Source of the DNA: Octopus bimaculoides
Taxonomy: Eukaryota
Reading direction: 5' to 3'
Assembly (NCBI RefSeq): GCF_001194135.2
Contig: NC_068982.1
Location: 27,651,640-27,715,639, forward strand
DNA length: 64,000 bases
Below the pieces are notes generated by a model. The model ran no database searches. It saw only the letters and a list, made by a program, of their open reading frames with translations, and was not told the DNA's origin. The position numbers and the translations under genes are program-made. Shown here one piece after another: positions 47,832 to 61,339 of the stretch (within the stretch, counting starts at the first letter, position 1; each line of letters begins with the position of its first letter).

Positions 47832-50800
47832 TTGTGATCTTTCTTCTAATAGTTGTAAATAAGTATCACTTTTGAGTAAGTAGTATCATTGATTTTCAAT
47901 ATTCTGTGGAAACATATCTGGCCATAGAAAAATATTACCTTACTTGAAAATAGATGAGGGTTAGCAACAGGAATGGCATTATGTCATAGGAAATCAGTGA
48001 GCTGGCAGAAATGTTAGCAGGTCGGGCAAAATGCTTAGCGGTATTTCGTCTGCTGTTACATTCTGAGTTCAAATTCCTCCGAGGTCGACTTTGCCTTTCA
48101 TCCTTTCGTAGTTGATAAATTAAGTAACAGTTACACATTGGGGTCAATGTAATCAACTTAATCGCTTTATCTGTCTTTGTTTGGCCCCTTGCGGGCAATA
48201 AAGGAATAGGAAATCAGCCTCATTAAACTCCATCCAGCCCATGGGAAAGTGGACATAACATCATCATCGTCGTTTAACGTCCGCTTTCCATGCTAGCATG
48301 GGTTGGACGATTTGACTGAGGACTGGTGAAACCAGATGGCTACACCAGGCTCCAATCTGCCAGTAATGATATTTCAAAATCAGGCCAAGTTCAAATTCAA
48401 AAGAGTAGAACATTGAATTCAGGTTAACTTTACTAGAATCTGATCTTCTCTACTTGTGAAAGCATTAAATAGAAACTTAGAAATGTCTGATTGTTATTAA
48501 TTAATGTTGTATGCATATTGGGGTAATGTTTGTTTGAAATATCTTTTTGTGTAGTTAATGAAGAATATTGTTACTCCATTGCCTAAATAATTATATAACA
48601 AATCAATCTAAAAATATTTCATTAGGAATTCCTTAACTAATTATCATCATTATTTATTATAAAAGATTTGCTTTAAGCAAAGATTATTAAACTAACAAAT
48701 GTTATACATAATAATGTTTATAATGAAAACCAAGCACAAATCATTATATATAACGAGCAAGAATAATATAAGTATACAATCAACGACAAGTATTTAATAA
48801 ACATATCTATACTTGAAATAATATAATTATACATATCAATTAAGATCATTGTTTTTTCTTTGATATTTAAATAAACTTTATATATTAAACAAACTCAAAA
48901 AAAATTATTTTAAGTAACCAGTGGTACATCTAATTCTTTCAAAATCTAACAGTGAATCCTGCTTTTACAGTTGGTATTGTTTTTGAAGTTTATCTTTAGC
49001 AATGTCTATCTTGTTATGAGTGGCTATTAAAGGATATATAAAATTGTTAGAGTTTAGTTTTAGATTTTAATGTCTTATTTTAAATTTGCTAATTATTCTT
49101 ACTGGAATAATATTAATCACTAGTACTTCCAATCCAAACTAATCTTTGTATAATCTTTTGATTAACATATCTGTAGCTACTTTGTAGTGTGAACACCCCA
49201 GGTTTATTGTCAGCAATGAGGGCAACATACCTTACAATCTTTGCAGGTTCCTTACCAAGGTGAACAAGTCATTTGATTTAAGTGACTAATCCCCCTACCT
49301 TAAAACTTCAGGCCTTGTGTCTGTATTAGAAATAATTATTCTCCAGCAGTTGATTATTTCTTTAAGAAAATCCCAGAAAGGTGTGAATTACAGGTATTGC
49401 ATCAATTTTTTAGTATGGCAACTAATTAGTGAAGAACTGATTTAATACAAAATGTTAATATTAATCTCGCTTATACTTCTTGAAAATTTTGGCTTCATCT
49501 TTCTTCTAAACACCTGTCTGAATACTCATCGCTTTTGGAAACTAATTCCATTGGCATTCCTCTCTTGAAGAAAAATTTCAATTATCTTTTATATTTGTTG
49601 CAGGCTGCTCAACATTTAGCTGAATGGTCCATTGAAAATAGCGAGGTATTTCAGAATAAGTAAGATATCATTTTCAAACATATTGGTCATAAAAGTAATT
49701 TTGCTACTAAAAGAAGTTCAGACTCTACATTGTCTTTTTTTATTTGAGCACATTTTTAATAGCATGTATTGAAGATCAATTATGCTCAAACTCTTTTAAG
49801 TAGTCTATCTGAATTGCATGTTTATAATATTTTGTATTTAACAAGTATAATAAATATGAGATAAATACTTTATTTGCTGGTGTATAAGACGCACCCCTAT
49901 TTTACAAGTATATTTTGGGAAGTAAAATAAATTTAGTAAGTTTTGTCATACACTTCTTAAAAGTTATTTTAAAGAAGTTTTGTTGGGGAAAACTTAGGAT
50001 TTTGTGCATGTAAATGCAGTGCTGCAACAGTGTATTGGAATAAAGTTTGAACTACAAATTCATCATAAACAAACATTATACAAGTACTGTATTTCAGTTT
50101 TGTCTTCTTTCAGATCATTTATATAATTGTGTATATTTTTATGGAGAGAATTGATATTCAAGATGTTAACACTTGTAGTTTTGGCTATGATGTTTGTGTT
50201 ACTAAAATCAACCATCCGAGTTGTACACCACCTCTATGGTTTTTGCCATCCACTCATTGCAATTAGCTGACAGGCAAATGAAAATTTAACATTCCTTTCA
50301 TTTTTCTAGCAGAGGTTTCATTTAGATAATTAAAAAATTATTTTTAAAGGTAACACAGCCATTACATAATGTTAGGCCGTATCTGGTGGGGGTTATGTAA
50401 GCTGGGAAAGAAAGTATAATGAAATGATCTGACCTCTCCACAAGACTGCTGACATGCTGTAAGTAATGTCTTGTCAGTTTATACTAGGAGACTGACATTT
50501 TGGCTTGTTTTCAATATTTTATGAGTAACAATTATTATGCTTATTCAGCTCCCTAGCCCACAATACTTGGTCTCCCATCTGTAATTTGGCCGCATTAAAC
50601 ACAGGGCACTGTTTTGATTCATATAGAAATAAAAAAGCTTGTTTAATATGCCAGCAAATATGGTAATAGTTGCTGTTAAAACAGTATTTGTATTATTCAT
50701 TCCACAGAATGCATATTCATTTCATAGTAATTTAAATATTACTATGCATGTGTTAGCATTCATCTTATGATATGTTTGCTTATGTAGAAAACTTTATATG

Positions 50801-53705
50801 GCTAGTTGCCTGTATTCAACTAAACTCTGGTTGTGCTAAAGATTTCATCTCACTCTTTTGCTATATAGAAGTTGCTTCTGCTTATCTTTTCATTAATTTT
50901 TTTCTTTATTTGAATTACATTTCAATGCTGTTTAAACAATGTATTTTTACTAACAGCTATTCAGAACTGAAGTAATTTAATTTCTGGATATGGCAGCGAG
51001 CTGGCAGAAACATTAGCATGCTTAGCGGTATTTTGCCTGGCTTTACGTTCTGAGTTCAAATTCCACTGAAGTCGACTTTTCCTTTCATCCTTTCAGGGTC
51101 AATAAATTAAGTACCAGTTACATACTGGGGTCAATCTAATCGGTTGCCCCTCCCCCATCCCTTCCCAAAAATTTCAGGCCTTATGCTTAGAGTAGAAAAG
51201 AATTTGGTTTCTGGATCTGAAGAGTTTTGACTACATTGAAATACTGCAAATATTATTCTCTTAGCTTCAAGATAATTCTTGTCATTGCTTTGCTGTTTGT
51301 TATTCCTTTCAAAATCCCTTTGGGACTTGTAAAGTACCAGTCAAGTACTGGTGTAGGTGGGGGGAGTATTAATTAGCCCCATCCCCTCAAAATTGTTGGC
51401 CTAGTACCTAAATCAGAAACCATTATTTTCTGAAATTAGTTGTAAAACATTACTTATAGTAACTTATGGATTATCTGTCAGAATTGAGGAACTCTGTATG
51501 TTGTCCCTCAACCTGTTAGAAACAGTAGCTAATCAATCTCTCAAACTTTTCACAGTTTTAAAAATGGAAGGACACATTAGATAATGTAGTCTTACTTACC
51601 CCTAAAAAGATTGGAGCTGATTAGGGTTGGAATTATTTTGAACATGTCTCCTCTGCTTAGTCAGGTCTCACTTGGGGCTAAGTGGTAACAACTGGCAAGT
51701 AAAATAGGTAGCAGCTGTTAGTTTTTTGGGGTTTTTTTAAATAACAAAATATATTTTATGTTGAACTAATATTTTTCTCCTAATTATTTTTGCTTATTTG
51801 TTTACTATCATGTTTAATTTTTTTGTGCGTGTGTTGTTTCTTTCCAGAAAAATTTTGGAACTAGGATGTGGTCTTGGTTTGACAGGCATAGTAATTTGCA
51901 AGAATTGCCAACCAACACATTTTTGCTTTACAGACTGTCACCCTCAAGTATTGTATCTCTTGTCTAAGAATATTGAACTCAACATGCTGCAAAACAATCA
52001 AAGTGAGACAGACAATACCCAGGAGGACATTCACTTATCACCTATCAACATAAATAATAAAAACGATGAAAAAATAATGCGGAAGATTCGTCGACAGCTT
52101 AGTTTAAGTGCTGATAACAATACTTCAAATGACATGACTGATATCATTGAGATCTGCCTGTCTCCATCTACACCTCCTAGTGATGAGAGTGAAATCATGC
52201 AGAAAGACCCTGTGGAAGATTTTGCAGATTTTGAGCTCTACTCTAAGTCATGGAAGAAGGACTCTGAAAGCAAAATTGCTACACTTAAAAAAAATGACAA
52301 AATTAGTGTTGCAAAACTGGACTGGGAGTGTTTCGATGATAGTTTTCTCAAATGGTATTGTCCAGAAGTTATCATTGCTGCAGGTATTATCATCATCTAT
52401 GTCATCAATAGTAATGCTGTGTTTCTTAATATTTCATATCATCACTTGCTCTATTACTTCACTTGATCCAGTATTTTCTCTTTAGAATCATTATATTACC
52501 TTTATGTACAGTTCCTGCTAAATGAATTTCAAACCTTATGAGTCATATTTCTGTACCTTTCAGTAAGTTACATCAGCCTTCAAGTTAGACAAAAATTCCC
52601 ATTGTTGTTAACTAATCATAAAACTAGTTTCTCTTTTGAAAGTTTCATTTTTCAAATTGATAACCAGGAACTATTTCAGACTTTTATTCTATGAATTCTT
52701 TCAGTATGTTTTTTTTTGTTATTTAGTTTCTGTGTTAACTTGGGAGGTGGGTGTGATTTTTGCTAAAAACAATAATTGCCCTTCCTACCACAAAATTCTG
52801 AAGTGGTGGATTGCTTGTCAAGGCATATAATGTTATGTACCTTGATTAAGAATAAAACACAACAGCTTTGAACTCTTGAAAATGTTGATAATCCTGTACT
52901 ATAATTGTAGTAGCCCTGTAATTGCAATAGATTGAAATACATTTTGTTAAAAAAATTTTTTGTAATTTTCTTAGCGTTGTAAAACTGTGATTCATAACGA
53001 TGAACTTCATTATCTTTCAGATGTGGTTTATGATACAACAGTAATTCCATCCTTGGTACTTGTGTTGAAAAAATTACTGTCTGTTACTCTTGAGAATGGT
53101 GAAAAGCCAGTGGCTTATGTAGCATCAACTGTGCGTTTAGAAGACACTCGAGATCAGTTCCTGTTTACATTAGGTAAATGGTCAATATTTTCTTAATTTC
53201 TCTCTCTTTTGTTTGTTTGTTTTTTTAAGTAACCCTATTCCCACAATTTTTATTACTGAGAGTGTAAACTTTCTCTTTCTTTTGTAATTTCCTGCTTCTT
53301 TTGATGTCCTGTGAACACCTGAGTGAAATAAATGAAAAACAGATACAATCTAATGAATTATTTTAAATGTTTTTTTCTTATGTTGATTTTTGATGTAAGT
53401 CACATGTCTTTGGACCCATTAACAGTGTAAGCTGAGGTGTGCCTGTACTTGTCTTTCTATTACAGAAGATTTAAAGTTTTATTAATGGATGATTTAGTAA
53501 ATTCCTGAAGTTGAAGTTATTTGGGTTGATAAACTATTGCACACTTTCTTTAGTATATCTGAGAACATGTTTCATTTATGCATTTATATTTTATTTTATA
53601 GGTGTTCAAGATCTTCATTTTGAATCCTTGATGGCACCTAATGATGATATTTTGCATTATGACCGTGCTGTGCCAATTGAGTTGTTGAAGATAACTGCAA
53701 TGTAA
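40699..53705 (+). CDS. EEF2KMT: Protein-lysine N-methyltransferase EEF2KMT (FAM86A; METTL21-like 7-beta-strand family)
   Basis: Exons 40699-40800, 42037-42177, 44774-44851, 49604-49659, 51848-52383, 53021-53173, 53602-53705 in frame; FAM86 N-domain (KYPPS..Y), GTTGLSTWQAA, motif I ILELGCGLG, FTDCHP, LDW, AADVVYD. Confidence 0.92.
41360..41424. repeat. (TA)n microsatellite
   Basis: Direct reading. Confidence 0.95.
42037..42177 (+). CDS. EEF2KMT: EEF2KMT exon 2 (FAM86 domain)
   Basis: ttttcag acceptor, gtaagt donor; TVTSPLCEKYPPSLTY. Confidence 0.88.
42615..43150 (+). mobile_element. RTE-tailed retroelement interrupted by a 174-bp insertion
   Basis: Same family as 15240, 36005 and 37105; direct repeat ATTACCAGCGTT at 42719-42730 and 42905-42916. 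Confidence 0.75.
43359..43731. other. Assembly gap (N run) flanked by poly-T
   Basis: Direct reading. Confidence 0.98.
44774..44851 (+). CDS. EEF2KMT: EEF2KMT exon (SLQESVHLVTQGTTGLSTWQ)
   Basis: ctttatag acceptor, gtatgt donor. Confidence 0.92.
45353..45425 (+). pseudogene. tRNA-like Pol III head (A/B boxes) inside the foldback element; not a functional tRNA
   Basis: TGGTGTAGTGG A-box and AGTTCAATTCC B-box; no pairable acceptor stem. Confidence 0.7.
45503..45548 (+). ncRNA. Degenerate type I hammerhead motif
   Basis: GTCAC-CTGAAGA-A-GGTTG(gagggtatat)CAGCT-GAAAC-ATT-GTGTT. Confidence 0.5.
46105..46270 (+). mobile_element. CORE-like SINE fragment
   Basis: ggtttgcttcccaactacatgg...ggcaccttgggcaagtgtcttctactata. 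Confidence 0.7.
46275..46680 (+). mobile_element. RTE/BovB-like LINE 3' coding remnant
   Basis: WKEHITNNEVL and WAGHVSCMDKSRMPKVIFY across shifted frames. Confidence 0.7.
46770..47100 (-). repeat. RTE-tail-related repeat with about 98-bp tandem units
   Basis: gactgg..ctttt..atg.ca.cagcac recurs near 46859, 46957 and 47056. Confidence 0.65.
47995..48210 (+). mobile_element. tRNA-derived SINE, well preserved
   Basis: Complete head-core-tail. Confidence 0.85.
49604..49659 (+). CDS. EEF2KMT: EEF2KMT exon (AAQHLAEWSIENSEVFQNK)
   Basis: ttgttgcag acceptor, gtaaga donor. Confidence 0.92.
50990..51205 (+). mobile_element. tRNA-derived SINE
   Basis: ggcagcgagctggcagaaac head through aaaatttcaggcc tail. 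Confidence 0.82.
51848..52383 (+). CDS. EEF2KMT: EEF2KMT SAM-binding exon with long acidic insert
   Basis: tttccag acceptor, gtatta donor; ORF 51798..52466. Confidence 0.93.
53021..53173 (+). CDS. EEF2KMT: EEF2KMT exon (DVVYD...AYVASTVR)
   Basis: ctttcag acceptor, gtaaat donor. Confidence 0.92.
53602..53705 (+). CDS. EEF2KMT: EEF2KMT last coding exon
   Basis: ttttatag acceptor; ...IELLKITAM TAA. Confidence 0.88.
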
Positions 53706-54485
53706 AGACAAGGACTGATACAAGCAGACTGCTGGCAACCAGATCTTACTTTTTATCTCTGATCAATATGATCAAATATTTGTTGTTCAGTATTTATGTT
53801 GATATACAAGTTGTAGTAATCATTACTATATTTTTGTTTATTATTATTATTATTATATTTTTGTTTAATATATTAAGCTTGGTCGGCCGTCTTCTATTTT
53901 CAGATCCATTTACAAATTTTCTTTATAATCTGGACTAACAATCTCATATAGCATTGTTATAGTGAATATTCTTTGATATCATTCAGTTTCAAAATACTGC
54001 TAGACATGACCTGCAATTATAAAAATATTTAGTAATCTTATATAACCATTGAAGCATGATAATTAGGCTTAAAACCATTGGTTTATAAGATTACTTTTGC
54101 AGTAAGTGAACTACGTTTTTATGCTTACTTTAAAAAAATTTTTCTATGAAAAGTTGTTTTTTTTTTTAAATTAAAAATTTAAAATCTAAAAAATTTTTAT
54201 TTTAAAATACAAATATCTTTTCTTATTTGAAGAGAAGATGTCGTCAACTTAATAAGTTTCATTCCAAATTTCTGTTGAATTTATAGTTATATGATGTTAT
54301 TAAAACTATAGTATTTTGTCTTCATTGAGAAGCCCATATTTCTATTTAACTGACCTCCAGGCTACACACTAGGATCCAGTTGACTGACTCTTTTTATGGT
54401 AGCCCATAAAATGTGCCTCTTTATTTTTAACAGAATGTTTATAAGAGAGCTTAAATAGTGCAGACTGAACATGAGTATGTATAAT

Positions 54486-54488
<3 letters not shown>

Positions 54489-54529
<41 letters not shown>

Positions 54530-54539
54530 NNNNNNNNNN

Positions 54540-54571
<32 letters not shown>
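54489..54571. repeat. (TA)n microsatellite spanning a 10-N gap
   Basis: Direct reading. Confidence 0.95.
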
Positions 54572-54575
<4 letters not shown>

Positions 54576-57500
54576 TCCTTATTGGACACATCTTCCAAAG
54601 AGAGTGTTGGAAGTTAAGGGTTGTAAGTCAGTTTGTCCCATGCATAGGCTTTGTTGTACTTATGGAAACCCAAATGGTTTCATAATTCCTTAAGAATGAA
54701 AAAGATATTCCAGTCTGTATTAAAATTTTGTACGAACCATTTTATCAGGATTGTAGCTGCCTTTTTATAGTGCAAATTTTTGTCCCAAAGTATTTCGTGT
54801 AAACACTAGGCAAAAGCTTCATACCAAAGTTCCATAGCAATAAGTATGTCATCTCTGCAGGAAGTTTTGTAGTGTGTCAATGTTTTCAGTCAGTAACTCT
54901 TTTTTATTTATGTAATTGTATATTTCAACCACTATATTCAATATCTATTAACCAGAACATAAATATACAATATTTTGTGAAATTATATGTCTAGTGTTTG
55001 GGAAAGCATTTTGATCTGCTTAAACCAAACATGAAAATAAAAGCTTACTGCTGCTTACATTGACCAATACAACAATAGTTACCAATGTTCTACTGGTAGT
55101 TTCTTTTCAGGCTATTGATTTCGTTTGACTAGACACCAGGGAAAATTTTGTAAGGAAGAGGATGTGCTCATTTAACTTTCGTTATATTAATTATACTTAT
55201 TGGCCATAAAGTTATTAATACCAATGATAATGATGATGTACATTTTAAACTCAAAACCAAGAGGGAAGAATATGGGTAGTGTATTTGTGGAACAGTCCTG
55301 GTTGAATATAGCAATCTCTACAATTGGAAGCATGTCTAGTCATTTGACAGAATTCCCAGTTGGGGAATTTGTTGGTGCTTGTGATGTATGAAACGGTGTT
55401 CAGTTGACTGTTTCATGATTAGTTTATGTCTTGTTGAAAGCAAAAAGTTTCGTTATCTTTTGGTACTTAAAAGGATTTTTTATAAACTTTCATATTTATA
55501 TTATGTAATTTTCAAAAATGTTAAACACTATTATATAAGGATGTACATTAGTATCTTTGACTAATAGTGTCACTGAGAAAAATTGATTCATTTGAATATC
55601 CAAGAACACAAGATTAATTTAACAAGCAGTGAAATTTTTCATTAGTAAAATGTTGGAAAATCATTTCTCATAGCTTGTAACAACTTTCCAGCAGAATTCA
55701 GACATGATTATGTTGTAGCATTGGCAGTTAAACAGCATACCTACAGTTAAAAAAGTTTTCAGGTGGTTTAAGTCAAACATGGGCAACCTTGTTTTGAGAA
55801 GTGGGCCACATAACACAATCGGGCTGCACTACTAAAAAAAAATTCAAGGTAAATTTTCATTGTGTACCATTCAGAAAGTTCAGTTTGCCCATGATTGGTA
55901 AAAATGATGTGATTCAGGATTCTTTCAAATAACCTTTTATTGACAGCTTCCACAAAGCCCTTATTGTGTATTAAAGACTTTTAAAAGTTTTTATTTGTAT
56001 GTGAGAGTTAATGTATACTTCCCAAAGTTGAATGAATCTAAAAGATTTCGAGTGTTTTTTTTTTTTTTTTTTTTTTTTTTTGTAAATTAAGTATTCTACT
56101 ACTTATTAATACTTGACCTAATGATGCAAGTTTTCCTTGCCAGAAATATTTCATATTTATGTTATGAATTTTTTTTTTGTTTTATATATACAGATACAGG
56201 GTGAATTAAAAGTCACACCTCATCACAGCATTCACCTACTTTTCCACTGCATTCATTAACACTCCCATCCAGTTTGACAACCAAGGATAAGGGATTATAG
56301 GATAGCTGGTCTACTGCCTTGCTCTTCATATTGCCAGCTGCTTGGACAACTCTGGGCAGTTGCACTAAGTATGTCTGAACAATGAAACTGGATTACTGTT
56401 TTGTATTGGACTGTTTTTAGGATGAATGTACATTCATCTTTTGATAATGACATCTTACTGAAATATATAACTATATATGTACATATATCAAGATTTTCAC
56501 AAGGACTAAGGTAGTATTGAAAAAGAAATATTGTAAAATAAAAAAAAATTAATTTTATATATAATTTAAATGTTAGAGACTTCTAAATCTATATATAATG
56601 ATATATTTATATTCCTGTTATTGAAGTTCATTTCAAATAATACTAGGCTAAATAATATTAAATCATCTACTACAGGTGATCTCAGCTTACTAGATTTGTT
56701 TAATTATAACAGAAGTTTCTTCATTTCTGTCTTTGAGACAAATTGAAAATGTTTTCATTAATGGAAATTTTATGGCATTACAAAAGGGAAAATGTTTGTT
56801 AAAGTTTAATTTTTTTTAACTATAATATGCATCCATATCTAGCTGAACAAATATAGCTTTTAAAAAATATCATTACTTTTGAAAGTAAAATATATGAAAT
56901 ATGAATTTTATATTCTCAACATAATTGTAAGAATTGATAAGACAAATCTGAAGTTGAACCACAAAAAGAAATTGAAAGAAGAAAAAAAAAAACAAACAAA
57001 TACTGCTGGTGATTACATTCATGTGAATGTATGAGTCTGGTGTGCTTGATAAAATAACTTACAAGAAAATCTGGCTGACATTGATTTTGGCTAATTACCA
57101 ACTAGATTGCTAAGTTGGATGTTATTTGCAAGTTTGTGAGTGTATGTACTGCTGGAAGATTAGTGCCTATCTGTGAGTTTGGAGTCATATATTTATTTTT
57201 TGTTTCGATGTACTCCTGAAGTTGAGAGTAATAATTTATTTGTTGAATCTTTGATGTTGTTTGTTGCATTTCCATATATAAAAATATTTGCTGCTATGTA
57301 AAGCAGAAAACAAATCAATGGTCTTATGATGTGAGCAAGAAATTGCAGATTTTGTAACCATGTACTCTTTCTAGGCTGCATGCAACAAAACAACTCATGG
57401 ACTTGAAACTGTAATATCTTAAGTCAATGTAAAGAAGAAAAAAAATCAGTGTTATACACTAACAGAGTAAATAAATTTTTTTTCTTTTTTGGACTTTTCC

Positions 57501-60500
57501 ATTTATCTTTATTTCGTTTTTATACAATTTTTAGATCCAAAACTTTCTTAAGTATTTCTCTATATACTTCTAATGAAATTTATACTGGAAAAAAATTTTT
57601 GCATGAACCTTTTAAAAATGGTTGTCATGATTAAAAAGAAAAAAACTTAATGGTAAGATACTTCTAATCTCAATCTCTAGTTGATTAACATTTCTTCTGC
57701 AATCATTAAGTATTTGGGGACTATAATACAGTTATATGTTGTAATTACAACTGTAGTAGCATGAATTGTAAAACATCTTAACTGTTTAATATTGTTGCTC
57801 AGTCACTAGTCTTTTGATATATTTTAAATATTAGATGAAGTACATATCAAAACATTGTATGATCAAAAGCAATAAAGATAGATGTTAAAGTCCACACAAA
57901 CAAAACAAAACAAAAAAATGTTATTTGTTATGCAAACATAATTTATTTTTTTCTTATTCACTGATTATATAATCTCAGAAATTAAATCTAAAATTTTGGA
58001 GTTTTCCATTAAATGACTAGAGTTCATCTGCTATTTTAATAAAAACTTCATTATATTTCAAATCATTACTATTCATTTTGTAATAAAAAAAAAATAAAGA
58101 AAATGTTTTGAATTCTATTTCTATCTTTTGTTACCTTTTAATTTTAGTGGCTTAGACAATCCTGATGTATCAATCATTGCAAATAAATTTCTGTATTCTC
58201 TTAGTTGTTCTATAGAAGCAGCTTCAACTGTTTTGGCATCAGTGTTTATGACTTTTTACTCATAATCTTGAATTTTTTTTCTTTCTTACAACTGTTCAAT
58301 GCTATATGATATTAAATCCAGTTTATTTTTTTGCACGTTACAAACATCATTTTAATAGCCACAAATGTGGCTTTTAAAATGGTGATGTTTGCATGGGTTG
58401 AATGAAATTTGTGGAGGCAAATTTTCTATGACTGAATGTCCTTCCAGTCGCTGAAAGTAATCTTTCTCTTTGGCTGGACATGTTCCCACAGAAGTTTGGA
58501 AATGAAAGATACCACTTGTATGATGTTTATGTTACGCAATAAGATAGCAACTTACACAGACAGGGGCTTCTTTCAGTTTCCATCCACAAATCCACTCTTA
58601 AGTCTATGGTTGACCCAAGGTTATAATAAAAGTCATGGTATCACACAGTGAGACAACTGGAAAGCAAGCTTAACAGCACAGCCATGCCTATCCCTATGTT
58701 TCTAATAAAATTACTTCAAAAATAATGACTTTAATATAAGCACCTATATACAAGTATTCATTTTTTCCCCATTAGAATGTCATAATTTATAGTTATGTCC
58801 ACAATGATTTCCTGATATTGCACTCAAGAACAGAGTGGGTTTTTTTTTTTTTATCTAGGTTGAAGGCAGAAATGAGGGATGTCCCTGTATTTGACTGACA
58901 TTTGAACAGAAAGCCAAAGTATTTCTCACAATTATTTTAAGTTGCCTAATTGGTAGATGTTATGTTCGTGTTTTTTTCCTGTCAGAACCCTTAATCTCAA
59001 TCATACAGGATATATTGGATGCTGATTAGTTAGTTTCATAGTTGTCTTATTGCCAAAATTTTGATTCAATCTCCACTGCATTCCTCCCGTTTAACATGCA
59101 GTTGTCTCCCTTGACTACAATTAGCCGTGTGATTTTAATGTGAACATTTCCCCAACAATTCCCTTTAACTGTAAAGAATGGGGAACATTGGGAGGATATA
59201 TTTGCTGATGTAAATGTGATTATAGAGTGGGGCATGTGCGTTTAAATAATTGGATGTTCTCTTTGTGCAAAATCATGGATGATCTTGAATCCATAGTTGA
59301 CAAGGAATATCTGCTATTAAATTGAACACTTGACATAGATTATGTTAACTAGTTGAAATTTATAGAAAAACAAAAGACGAAGACAGGTGTATGAACAACA
59401 AGCAAGTGTATTAGTTTGACGTTTGGTAAAATGAAAAAGTCCTTATCTTTCGAGCCTACGCTCTTCAACAGAAAGAAATAAGAGAAAATATGTGGATGAA
59501 GAGAGGTGCTGAAAGTTCGGGAAGTGGTTCAGACATGCAAGTCCAAAGAGTAGAAAATTCAGTCAGGATTAAACTGGGGTAACCACGTGAGTGTATAATA
59601 TGTAGTTGAAATTTATAGGATAGTGAGATAGTAAATATAATCATTGTCCTATAGGACAATTGGATAATGAAAGAAGCTTCAAACGTAACTTTTTCTCGTG
59701 GTAATATGTTTAAGGTTTACAGACTCCCATATCTTTGTTAGTTCAACTGAAGAGGTTATCAAAGCTTAGCATATGTAATGATTCTTTAAACCTTGTCTTC
59801 TGATTTTGGACCTTATTTATCTTCACTTTCTTCCACAAAGGTTAGTGACTTATCATTACCTTTTACAAAGGGTCAGCCATATATATATTTTTTATGTCAC
59901 CCTACAGATTATAGTGGTTAGATGTTCCATGCCTCACTTTCTATGGGTAACAGGTCTCGCTGATATAATTACATAGATGACACCTTTATACTCTGGACTT
60001 GTCAAGAAGATGCACAATTATTCAGTAAGACTTTAAATACAGTCCCCAACTGAAAAGGCAATTGGCTTTCTTGAAGGTGCTAATTTCTTACAGAGTGCTT
60101 ACATTTTTATATCACAAAACTACATTCACTGGAACTGAGCTATCTGTGTACCTACTGTCCTGTACAAGTCTGAGACCAGAACCCTTTATTGGCACCAAAT
60201 CAAACAACTCAGATTCCATTTCAGATTGCTCCAAATCATCACAGAAGGTACCTCATACCAACATCCCCCTGGTAGGTTGGGATCAACAGCATTGAGGCCT
60301 GCATCCTTCACTGTCATCTCTGCTGGGTTTGCCCATATGATTCAAATACCAGATTACTGGTTGCCATAGATGGTCCTCTTCAGTGAGATCAAGGCTAGAG
60401 TCAAGCCTCATGCACACCCAAAACTTTATTTTCATGATCATCTAAAGCAATGTCTCATTTTATGTTGTATCCCTCCCAATCAGTTGGAGGCCTTGGCTGT

Positions 60501-61339
60501 TGCTTGGAAGGCATGTGCTGAATCAGTGCTTTGAAACCAAATGCAGGAGACTGTCAGCCCCCTGTGGTTGTTGTTCAGGTCACTTGCTGTGCCCTTAGTG
60601 TCACGTAATTTGCTTATCTTATGGCTCTCTTGTCAGCCACATTTCCCATAGGGAACAATGTGCTGGAAGAGGAGGAGGATGATGAATGTCCTGGATAGAC
60701 ATTGTCATCACTTTTGATAGGTCATCATAAGTAGACAAGTAAGTACATTCGCTGAGCCATATTTAATTCTTGCATCTGTACAACAGGAAGAAAAGGATTG
60801 TCTATGGCCTACAACATTGACTGTAAGTAGTAACCCAAACACATACCAGTAAAAGATGATAAGGATTAGCTTCTAACAGCAAAGATGTCAGTCAAAAAGC
60901 AGCAACAACCTGTCTGCCTTGCATAAGAAGCATGTTTGCAAGACTTCAAATCTGCAGTGTGTACAACATCATGACAATATTTAAAAGCAGATCTACACTT
61001 CAGAGACATTTCTCTCAAACAAATTATGACCAAGAATTCTGTATATCCCATCTCTTGTAGATGTGTCACTGAATATAAAAGTAAGACAAGCAAAACATTG
61101 TAAAGTCATAACTAATGACAAGATAGAAATGTTCAGCATCACACTGGATGCTTTATAGTCAACACTCTATTGTCTGCTGTTTTACTTTCTTTACTGAATA
61201 GTTTCATTTCGTGGGAAAATATTTTCACTTTTTGGTGAGGAAAACAACTGCTTTCAATAACATAAATACTTTTATTTTCAAATTAGACCTGGAAATGAAG
61301 AAATATCCAGACTTCCACAAACTTGCAACTCAAATTTTG

